Assembly (NCBI GenBank): GCA_002269645.1
Contig: NIVC01005051.1
Span: 1-27,684, forward strand
Source: Macrostomum lignano
Lineage: Eukaryota
DNA: 27,684 bases
Reading direction: 5' to 3'
This document shows, in pieces, positions 1 through 11,000 of this stretch (its first letter is position 1; each line of letters starts with the position of its first letter). The position numbers were made by a program, and so were the translations under genes. Under the pieces are notes generated by a model. The model did not search any database and had not been told where the DNA came from. It was given only the letters and a program-made list of their open reading frames with translations.

Positions 1-290
1 GCTCGCCCGGTAGCTCTTAAGTAGCGGACGAGCTGGCAGAGATTCTCGGGCCTGAACGTCGGAGAGGTCCGGGTTTGGGCCAAGGTAGGTGAGCCTGTCC
101 TGAGTAAAGGCGAGGCATTCACAGATGAAGTGCTCCGCATCCTCGACACCGGAGAGGCAGAAGGGGCATTCCTCACTGCGGATTTTTCCAGTCACCGCCC
201 TGATGTCCCTACAGATGAGTCCAAGCAGGGCTCGCGGTAGCGGAGATAAGCTACTGGTAGTGATAATCTCCGCAAGTTTTAAACTAGGGA
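1..290 (-). mobile_element. 5'-truncated non-LTR retrotransposon, ORF2 C-terminal zinc knuckle
   Basis: Minus strand gives ..DIRAVTGKIRSEECPFCLSGVEDAEHFICEC.. (C-x2-C-x8-H-x4-C at 115-168). After a one-base frameshift it reads FRPENLCQLVRYLRATGR. It runs off the left edge. Confidence 0.75.
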
Positions 291-845
291 ATAGACAAGG
301 CGAACATTAAGAGTGTATTACAGATGGACTAATAACTTTTTAGAGCCTAGCGCCTTTTGATACATGCATATGTTGATTATTCTATGCACTGTATGGTATA
401 GCATAGTACAGCATTGAGTAGGAACTAACTATGCTGGATGAAAAGATAAAATTCCTATTGCACATCGTGAGGCAGCTTTTCCTATCGATAAAGGGAAGAA
501 AGGAAGTCAGAGAAAAATCTATTAAAAATTCCCCAGCAACTGCATCGCCACTGAGCCGGTTGCTACAGCAAACAATGAGCAGTAAATCGATTCATCAAAG
601 CCGTTCAATTATTTTGTCATTTTTTCTGCTAAAAGCAACACAGATTCTCGCCTCTAGGAGACAACAATCCATCCAAACGCATTTTGTGTCTACACTAAAA
701 TTGAATCGAATCATTTTTGCTAAAAGCTCATGCATCCATCCAGCCATCCGACACAATGGGTCCGATAACAATAGCCCGCTAGATAGCTGAAATCCAGATA
801 CAAGATCCCCATTTGTATTCCCCTTCCTTTAGCCCCATCCCTCCC

Positions 846-870
846 GTTGCCAATAGCAACCGGTAAACAA
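846..870 (+). promoter_or_regulatory. RFX X-box plus adjacent forkhead motif
   Basis: GTTGCC-AAT-AGCAAC (846-860) fits GTNRCC-N0-3-RGYAAC. GTAAACAA (863-870) is the forkhead core. The module lies about 220 bp upstream of the ATG. Confidence 0.6.
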
Positions 871-1086
871 TCAAAGCCCCGCTCCAATGTCAGCAGCCAG
901 ATTTTCTCGCCCACTCGCCCTACCAAAATCGATAAAGAGTGGCGCAATTCCGAGCCGTCATCTTCCTGTGAGGATTTGAGGATAATTTGAGACGATTTCG
1001 CGTTTTTTCTCGAAAATTATCTTCCCGTCCCGTCCTTAAGCTGATATTTGTCCTAAGTTTAAGTTTGAAAAGTTGAAGACAAGCAG

Positions 1087-2093
1087 ATGGCTTTGGAGCA
1101 GTTGCTGCAGTTTCTGCTGCTGGTGCTGGTAGCCTGCGGGAACTTTGTCGGTTTTGCAGGTGAGAGCCATTCACTCTAGGCTTTTAATGTGACTGTTCAT
1201 CACTCCTCTTCTATGCGCGTTTCTTTTGCATTTCCAGACGGCTCCCCGTATCCCTGCAAGCAGCTGCACACTGCCGGCAGCGCTATGCGCGAATTCCGAG
1301 CTAGCCCCGGTGTTGTTGCCATGGCAACCAGCGACCCGACTGACAACTGCCTGCTCGCCTGCCGGCAGATTGATTACAGGTAGGGTATTGACTAGAGCTT
1401 CTCTGGGCTATAGATTAGCAATCCGTTTTATTCCTTCATCCGTGATGGCTATAGATTAGCAATCCATTCTATTCCTTCATCCGCGATGGCTTTAGATTAG
1501 CAATCCATTCTATTCCTTCATCCGTGATGGCTATAGATTAGCAATCCATTCTATTCCTTCATCCGCGATGGCTTTAGATTAGCAATCCATTCTATTCCTT
1601 CATCAGTAATGGCTATAGATTAGCAATCCGTTTTATTCCTTCATCCGCGATGGCTATAGATTAGCAATCCGTTCCAGTTGCTTATCCATGGACTATAGAT
1701 TAGCAATCCATTCTGTTCCTTCATCCGTGTTGGCTATAGATTAGCAATCCATTCTATTCCTTCATCCGTGTTGGTTATAGATTAGCAATCCATTCTGTTC
1801 CTTCATCCGCGATGGCTATAGATTAGCAATCAACTCCGGCACCTCATCAGCACAGCAGCATCAGCTCTCTCTCTCCCCTCCGTCCAGCTTCGCCCTGTGG
1901 AACAATCTCACCTGCCAGTGCAGCAACGCCTCCGTCGCTGCCCTGCCCGACGCCGCCGCTGACTACTGCGTGCCGGGCACCTGCGAGGTCGCTGACTGGT
2001 CGGAGACTGCGGCCTGCTTCATCAACTGGACCTTTGTGGGCACCGTGTTCTCGACGCCGGTCTTCAAGACAGTCGCTATGCGGTTGTCCGGTT
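1087..2093 (+). CDS. Exons 1-3: signal peptide and WSC-like Cys module
   Basis: ATG 1087 gives MALEQLLQFLLLVLVACGNFVGFA (hydrophobic leader), then G|gtgaga. Exons 2/3 join to give NCLLACRQIDYSFALWNNLTCQCSN, matching the WSC pattern C-x3-C...Y-x-FA...C-x-C. Confidence 0.7.
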
Positions 2094-5000
2094 GTAAGTG
2101 TCCGACTGCGAGGAGCTATGAAGGGGTTGGAAATCCCAACTTAGTTCGGGATTCGAACACTGGGTTAGAACGGAAAAGTTAGAAACTAAGACGGGATTCG
2201 AATCGATCAAATAAGTACTGAGATGGGATTCGAATAGAGGAGTCTGGAGCTGAGATGAGATTCGAATAGAGGAGTCTGGAGCTGAGATGCGATTCGAATA
2301 GAAGAGTCGAGAGATGAGATGGGATTCGAATAGAAGAGTCGATAGTTGAGATAAGATTCGAATAGAATAGTCGGGAGCTGAGATGAGATTCGAATAGAGG
2401 AGTCGGGAGATGAGATGGGATTCGAATAGAGGAGTCTGGAGATGAGATGGGATTCGAATAGGGGATTCGGAAGATGAGATGGGATTCGAATAGAAGAGTC
2501 AAGAGATGAGATGGGATTCGAATAGAAGAGTCGGTAGATGAGATGGGATTTGAATAGGGGAGTCGGGAGATGAGATGAGATTCGAATAGAATAGTCGAGA
2601 GCTGAGATGAGATTCGAATAGGTGAGTCGGGAGATGAGATGGGATTCGAATAGAGGAGTCGAGAGATGAGATGGGATTCGAATAGAGGAGTCGGGAGCTG
2701 AGATGGAATTCGAATAGAAGAGTCAAGAGATGAGATGGGATTCGAATAGAAGAGTCGGTAGATGAGATGGGATTCGAATAGAACAGTCGGGAGCTGAGAT
2801 GAGATTCGAATAGAAGAGTCGGGAGCTGAGATGGGATTCGAATAGGGGAGTCGGAAGATGAGATGGGATTCGAATAGTGGAGTCTGGAGATGAGATGGGA
2901 TTCGAATAGGGGAGTCGAGAGATGAGATGGGATTCGAATAGTGGAGTCGGGAGATGAGATGGGATTCGAATAGAGGAGTCAGGAGATGAGATGGGATTCG
3001 AATAGAGGAGTCAGGAGATGAGATGGGATTCGAATAGGGGAGTTCGGGGCTATAAGATTATAAACTAAATAACTGAATTTGCTACCAACTGCTGCAGCCC
3101 CTGAAGACGCCATCACAGCCGGTGACACGGTGGACATTGAAATCGACATGAACAGTGGCGAGGCCACTTTGCTGGACCACTCGGAGTGGGCGGACTCGCA
3201 GCTGGCGATGCGGCAGCGAAACCAGGCTGGAACTGAGACCAGCGTGCCTGTCTGGGAAAACTCGCTGGGTCAGTGTTGCCAAGCTGACAGCTACAAGATA
3301 ACTACTGTAATGACTTGAAGTACAGCGGTGATCACGTGACCCATGCCCCTCCCGCAGGACAAAAAGCTCTCCTGCACGCAGAGGTGCAGCAGCCCAAATT
3401 TTACGACTCTCCGATGTCGCTGACCGCGGTGCGCCGGGTTCAGCAGCGCGTCAGTGCAGCTGGCAGCATCGAGGTCTCGGCCGGCGAGTCCACGGACGGC
3501 AAAGCCACCTGGGGCACCGAGGTGACCATCACGGCGCCGTTCCAGATGGGCTCAAACATGACGGCTCGAATTGACTTTGCGAATGGCAGGACGGTGGCCA
3601 TCGGAGGGCTCAGTGAGTGAAATTTTTATACGTTTAACCTTGGAATAGAAAATACTTGACACGGTATTTTGCAGTTCACACCCTACTGGAAGCCTATCCT
3701 ATTGCTTATTGCTCATGTTTTAAAAAAATAACTTTATGGACAAACTTAATTCTGTCTGTGGCCTAACCTTGGCTATGTACTCAGCCTGCTACACCTCGAG
3801 ACGGTCAGTATTGTCAATGGCTAGGACCCAAAGAACCCACAGTGAAATCTTTGTGGAAAATATTATGTACAGTATAAGCGACATGTTTCGCCTCGCCTCC
3901 GGCATCGTCAGGCTCTTAAAGAATTAGAAAACAGGTCGATCAGAGTCAGAAAATGTACAGTTAACTGACAGTCGATTGCACAATAAATCAGTAATTGATT
4001 GTCAGTTCATCCACCCAGTATTTCTGCAAATAACCGCCCGCCTCCTGGACCAACCTGCGATGGCAGACGCGGCTCCGGTGAACTTTCGCCAAGCGGAGAG
4101 CCAGCAGTCCTACACAGCGGACACGCGGCCAGCCGGTCTGGTTCTGCTCAACTATGACGTCAGCGTGCCGTGTACCGTCACTGGAGTGGCCTTCCATGCT
4201 AATGTGTCGGCTGGTGGCAGCTTCGATGTTCAAGTGAGCACTCGTAGCATTGCGTTCACTACCTGTGCCGCAATAGCTAAATTAGACTGATCTAAGTATG
4301 ATTTTGATTTTCCATACATCGCTTACTCAATTGCGATTTGTCGAACAGCTAAAGCCAACATTTGCTTTGAAATACAGTAGTGTGAAACTAGCATTTCCTG
4401 CTTGTCTCTACTCAGATGTGCTGTGCAAAGGGCCTGTCAACTTAAGCTCATAAAGTGGAGCCCGAGTAACCTATGTACACAAATGATCCGTCATTCTGTT
4501 CACAGTGACACCAGGAAGCTGGATTTGGCAAAAAGCGACGAATATTGGACTTGGGATGGGGGAGACACACAATGGGATAATTAGGGATTATTATGTAAAC
4601 TTGAGCGCATAAGGTGGAGTCCTTAATTATCCCCTTTCCTGTTCTCTCAACCCAAGTCCAATTTTTGTCACTTTGTTTTCAAATCCAGCTTCCTGGTGTC
4701 ACTGTAAACAGAATGACGTATCATTTGTGACATAAGCTACTCGGGCTCCACATTATGAGTTTAAGTTGACAGACAGGCCCTTTGTGATTCCACCTTGGTA
4801 AAATAAATAGCTACTTGCTTCATTTAGGGTTTTGAAGTCCAGAAGGGAGTAATTTGTCTTCTATTTGTGCAATAAAACTGAATCTAACTGTCTCATCAAC
4901 TTGTCCGCCAGGTCCTGCGGCCCCAGTGCCCCGACGGCAGCACCTACTGCTACGTGAGCAACGCCTGCTTGGCAGTCGGTCAGTCCTGCGGTCGCCAGCC

Positions 5001-8000
5001 CAGCGTGCGCAGCTTCGCCTGCATCGGCGGCGACCGATGGAGCCTTCAGAAGCGGCGGTGCTCGAATGCCGCTGGACCGGCCAGCCAGTTCCCCATCTTT
5101 GCCGGCCAGCTGTTGAGCATCAAACGGGTGCAGCTGACAGTCGCCAGCGCCGGCTTCAACTCGCTGCAGCTGAACGCCAGCCAAGAGCAGCACCTGCATC
5201 TGCTGCCCGGCGACATCTTGGCCGTGTCCGATCCTGGCCAGGCAGTGTCCGTGCGCGAGCAGCAGCCTCGGCCGGACTACTTTGTTGAGTCATCTGGCAT
5301 CGCGGACAATGCCACCAGCCTGGCGGCCACCGCAGCGCCGCCTTCGACGCTCGGCCTCGCCAAGTCGGTCGAGTTTTTCGGCTACCGGGGTGGCAGCGTG
5401 AGAGCCAGCGCCGTCCTGGGAAATAACACCTGCTCCGGCGGAAGCCACCTGGACTGCCCCGACGAGTACATGTACAACGTGAGCGTGACATTTGCAAATC
5501 ACCTGGCCGATACGGCTGTGCTCAGCAGGCTGGTCCGGGTGCAGGTGCCAATACTGGGCGTGAGAATCGTGACTAACGCCACTCACTGTGAGTTGCAAAA
5601 ATGTTTTTAGACTTCATTTCCAGTTACAAGAGGATGCAATAAATTACGAAATCCATTGCAGACAAAACCAACGCAATAGTCAGCTTCTACGTTCTCCAGC
5701 ACCAAGGCAGCCAGCCATTGTACACTTGGAACTTCACGGATGGCACTCGAACAGGTCCGGAGTTGCAGCAGCAGTGGAACTTCACCAGCCCGGGACCCCG
5801 AACTGTGCAGACTGAGTCGACCAACTATATTTCTGGAAATTGGTCAAACATATTGGTGAGGGAACATCGACAATATAAAGTAACGTAACGTGCATTTTGT
5901 TGTATCAAAAACAACCCAATACGAGTAATAAATTAAATCTGTTTCAGCTCATCTACGTACAAAACCCGGTGACGACCGACAAAGTCTACTGGAACGTCAG
6001 CGAGCTGCTCGGGCTGACTTCGTCAGGCCCAGTAAATGGCGTCGCTACGCTCTTCTGCGACAACAGTGCCGAGTTCCTGCCCACAAACGCGTCAGTCATC
6101 CTTGACTTTGGAGACGGAACTCCAGCGAGCTCTGGCCTGCTTACCTGGGACCCAACAACTGACAGAGAAGCCTTCAATCACCCTTACACCAAGAGAGGAA
6201 CATACAATGCGACAGCAATAGTTGAAAATCAGGTTTCCCGCATTGAACTCAAGCAGTCGGTTGTCGTTCAAGAAATTATTTTCGAAGCTCAGATTGAGAC
6301 ACTTAGCTCAACTTTCGCGAAGTCTCCGCTGCAAACGCTTGCCCAGTTCAATGTTAGCGTGCAGTTCGGCTCGGACTTCACGGCTGATGCTGACTTTGGC
6401 GACGGACACACAGTGACGGTGCCAGATCAGGGAGCGAACCGGTGGTTCACGCTGACCCACAACTTCACTGTGCCTGGCAACTACACTGTCACGGTTCGGC
6501 TGCAGAATCGAGTTGGCTCCGTCACCTGTTCAACAGAGATTAGCATTGTGATTGGCGATCCCCGCGAGTTCCTGCTTGCTCTGCGCGATCCATCGCCCCT
6601 GCTGCTGCCGGGTCCAACGTACCAGCTGCCTGTCCCGATACTGCTCTGTAGAAATCGGACTGTCGACACGCCGCAGCCTCTGTTCGACATCAACCTCACA
6701 CTTTCGCTAAACAATACGGCTGCTTCAATGAGAACTGAGCACTTAATCCAATGTACAGCAGGTACTGCTGCTCAGGACGCCGCGTGCGCAGCTGTAAATT
6801 CGGAGTTCAGATTCTGCTTTGCACTCGAGCTGACACTGGGAGACCCTGAAACTATTAGAGCGCTGCTCACCATTCCGAGCCGGCTTTCCGACCAGACGTC
6901 GCAGCTAATCTTCTTGCTGCTCCCCGACCTATTGGCAACCACAATCCAGGCCAATTTACACCCCGATTTCGCCCTCGACAGTCTGAAAATGTCGGCTGCC
7001 GCCAGGCAGATTTTCCCCATGGAGAAAGCGGTCAAGTTTGTCCTGACGATTCCCTTCTTTGGCAGGAGCCCCGTCACCTGCCAGTGGGACTTTGGCGATA
7101 GTAGCTTGGCAACGAATTCTCTCGCTCAGGTGGAACACTCGTACAATAGGCCTGGAAATTACTCAATTTCTGTCAACGTTTCGAACGCAATCAGCTGGAA
7201 AGTTGTCACTATTTCGATCACTGTGCAAAAGTCCATATTTGGCATCGGCCTGAATGCTGAAGAATCGAATGGTATAAACGCTGCGAATCCGGTCTTGGTC
7301 AACCTGGGCACGCCCGGCACAGAGGCCTGCTATCAAATCGACTTCTCGGCTTGGGGCTCAGCACTCAGCGACGGGATCAGCTACCATGTATTTGGTTACA
7401 GGCCATTCTGCGAGTCAAGCGGCCTATTCCAGATGGGCATGAACAGTGTATGGATGACTGACCTAACGGACTTTTACAATCGAGTTTACAACGCCTCTGT
7501 CCATGGCCAACCAACTGGGGGAAACGGAATCCTCAGCAAAAGTGTAGCACAGGAGGGCGCAAAAAATGTCACATTCTTTGCTGCAAACACGGTTTCCCGT
7601 GAGACGCATTCTTGGCTGATGGCGGTGGGCAAGGGCCGCTGCGTCTATCCGACGTCGTATCTATCCCGCTGGACAGCTCCGAGGTACATGCGGAATACCA
7701 TGATACAGTTGGAGAGCAACCTCGTGATCAACTGCTTTAGCACGAGCGTCACTGTTCGCTGGACAATTGAAGTCTACAATGCTACGGAGAATAGTTGGAA
7801 AAGCTACGCTCCGAGTTAACCGCATTCTTCAACAACTATCCTGAACTCACTGGCAACATGTCATTCTCATATTACTCTGACGGCGTCATGTACGAAAACC
7901 TGAACCTTCATCTCCGCAGTCTGAACCTGCCAGCCTTCAGCCTTCGGGCGATGCGAACTTACCGCGTGACCTTTCAAGCATTCATGACAATCCTGCCATT

Positions 8001-11000
8001 GCTGAAAGTTGAAGAGAGTGTGGTATTCGAAGTGATCACTGGCGCTCTGCAGCCCTGTCTCAAGACAGCCGTTTATGACAATGAGCAGAAGCAATGGTTC
8101 CAGACGGGAAGTCAAATTCAAACAATGTGGGGAAATCCGGTCTCTCTTGACCCAACCTGCAGCTCAAATCCAAATCTGTTTCTCGAAGGTGGCGAGGTCA
8201 GCGACCTGAAGTATGAGTTTTACTGCTACCGCAGCTGCGAGCCCAGGATCATGCTGGACTCGAATCTTCAATACGACATCAACTGGCAGGGCCACGGCTG
8301 TCCCGATAGCTCAGCCAGCGGTGGCTATCTACGCGGCTGCTTTCTGGCGAACATCTGGAGCACGTATGTACACCGGCTGAAGGCCCTGAATCTCTCTAGT
8401 TGGCAGGTCGACTTAGCCAACTCCCAGTTCAGTGATCCGGGCATACAGGCCATCTACGAGGATTCTGCGTTCGCTAACTGGCGCACGGACAGCCTGAGTG
8501 GCAAGTACAACCACCTATACTACATGGACGGCGAAGTATTGAGATTGAATACGAACTACATGTTTGAACTTGACGACCACGTGCTGCTCATGGTGGTGAG
8601 AGACGCAGCACACCCGGATGTTCCACCGGTCATGTCCAGGATTACGCTTAGCTTAACGAGGGGACCATCGCCAATGATTGGTGTTCAGTGAGTGCAATCT
8701 CCGTGAAAAGTTTTCTGCACATCTTTAGTTCATGTTATGGAACCCGACCTTCTCTAGTCGGCAGGTCGACAGTTTTCGTCAAAACTGATAGATTCACAAT
8801 TAAGTACTTTTGCTTTTTTATTTGCAGGTGCGTGAGCAACTGCATGGCGAGAAATTTCAGCAACTCTTGCAACGCGGATGCCATCATGGTCAACCAGGAT
8901 ATTCCACTGAAGTTCCAATCATTCATTTCTAACTATGTGCCCAGCGTTAAGTATCATTTTAGGTGGCAGCTTTCGCGACTCGACACTCCTTTTGGCACCT
9001 GTCCGACGGAACTCAGCAGTGCTAATATCACTGCGTACCTGGATTCGCTGGAGGCTGATGGCAGCTTGGCTCGTTGGAATATTGTGGGTAAGCATGCCTT
9101 TGCGTTTTTGACTTGAAAGGCCCAAAGGGGTTGGCTGTCCGTGCTAATAGAGGAGTTGCATCCTATATAGTGGTCAGAGCGTCGGACTCACGACTGAAAG
9201 GTCGGAAGTTCGATTCCAGAATCCCGACCCACTCGGAACAATTTGTATCCTTGAGCGAGACACTTAACTCTGCATTGCTTCAGTTCGAATTAGCTGGGGT
9301 ATTTGAGGCTGTGTGGCGACCCCCCAGTCCTTGGTCTGAACAGCCGTACGCAGCCTCAGATGCACCGCGCAATAGCTGCGGCTAAGCTGTCTGTTGCATT
9401 AGTGCAGGTGTAATAAATTATTAGTAACATTACTAGGAAGGACATGTTTTGTTTCGTTTTAAATTAAAAACTACGCATTAATTTTTCTACTAAAATTTTT
9501 CAGGAGGACGCGACTACACACAAACTGGTAAGATTGTTTTTTTATTTAAAAGTATTCATGGTCTGCGTTAAGTAGTCACGGTGAAATACTGCTATTGTTA
9601 ATGCATTGAAAATGTAGGCATTGAGTCATCCGGCATGTCGCTGATCTGCAAAGGCTTCTTCCAGCCGATCAGTGGGTACTATATTCTGCGCATCAAGTCC
9701 TGGCGAGGCAACTCGTCGGAAAACTACGGTACCAAGTGGTCTACCTTGCTATTAACGACGTACCGAATGTGGCCTCGCTGGCTGTCACCGTCACGCCGAG
9801 CCAGGGCGTCTCCGTACTGGACAAATTTCAGATTGAGTGCACAGGAGCCTCCGATTCTGACGAACCGCTGACGTACACCATAGGCTACTCGCAGCTACCC
9901 AGTCCAACCAGCATGCAGCAGTGCTCACCGATCGCCATCTGTGAGTTTGATTTGCAGTCGTGGGGTTTCTAACGCCGCAACAAAGCACATTGGATTTATA
10001 AATTGTTGTAACGCTCATAATTTCAACCCTTTCAGCGGAGTCTGCATGCCGCCTGCCGAGCAAAAAGGCGCTGCCGCCAGGACTGATGTTCATCGGGCAC
10101 CGGCTGTCGATTTGCATTTGGTGACCGACGCCAACCAGGCCTCCAGCTTTGCCACCTTCCAGTCGGTGATAGTAACTCCCGGCGGCATCTCGTCGCTGAA
10201 CGATTTGAGCAACGAAATCACGGAGATCGAAAGCTCCACCGCTCTGGGAAATATCAATCAGCTAACGGGGGCCGTCTTGCCAATCCTAGCCGTTCTCAAC
10301 ACGGACGCAGCAAATGGGGCGACTACAAGGGCAGCATCGAGCACCTCCACTAGTGAGACAATGGCAACGACAATTACTGGAGACTCAACAGCTACTACTG
10401 CCAGTAGCACGGTTTCAACCGCAACTACTACTGCAACAACTGCGTCAACATCAGCTAGCAGCTCAACCAGCAGCGCCACAACTGCGCCTTCGACCACGAG
10501 TGGCATCACATCGGCCGAGCGCATGGCACTGAGGAATAAAATTTTGGACTATATAACAACCACCGTCGAGAACATGCTCAAAACTCTGCCAGCAATAGTG
10601 CAGCTCAACAATATCATTCAAGCGACAGCGATGTACAACTATGCAACCTCTGTGCCGACGGAGCTGACGCCGCAGGGCATCGAGCGCAGCAGTAAGGGAC
10701 TGTCGCTGGTTAGCCAGAGTCTACAGTCTGCAGTAAAGGAAGAGATTGTCACTTTTGACAGCGTGAAAGCCACGACTATCGACTTCATGCGAGCGGCCAG
10801 GAATGTGCTGCAGCCGACAGTGGAAAACCTGAAGGACATCAGCTTCTCGGAGCAATTCAACCAATCGTCAACTGACACCAAGAAGCAGCTCTCGAAGCCA
10901 GCGCTGGACATTATGCAGTCGATCGAGGACTGCGGCAAAGCGGTGGCAAAGAAGATTGTCACTCGAGACGCTGACACGGTTATGCAAGCAGACGGTCTAG

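Noticed and set aside
431-1174. ORFs 431-790 (+), 720-947 (-) and 920-1174 (-)
   Set aside because: No recognisable motifs; they fall in the promoter region or are antisense to exon 1.
1405-3045. CRISPR-like interpretation of the regular repeats
   Set aside because: Units are contiguous with no unique spacers, there are no cas genes, and the context is a eukaryotic intron.
2179-3167. Minus-strand ORFs with LFESHL repeats
   Set aside because: Translations of the 30-bp minisatellite.
7772-7803. 32-nt GT-AG mini-intron to explain the 7811 frame break
   Set aside because: Poor donor (GTCTAC), no pyrimidine tract, and it would remove plausible coding sequence. The other breaks have no such option.
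9160-9230. Functional tRNA gene
   Set aside because: A and B boxes are present, but I could not form an acceptor stem or a proper anticodon stem, and the sequence runs into a SINE body.
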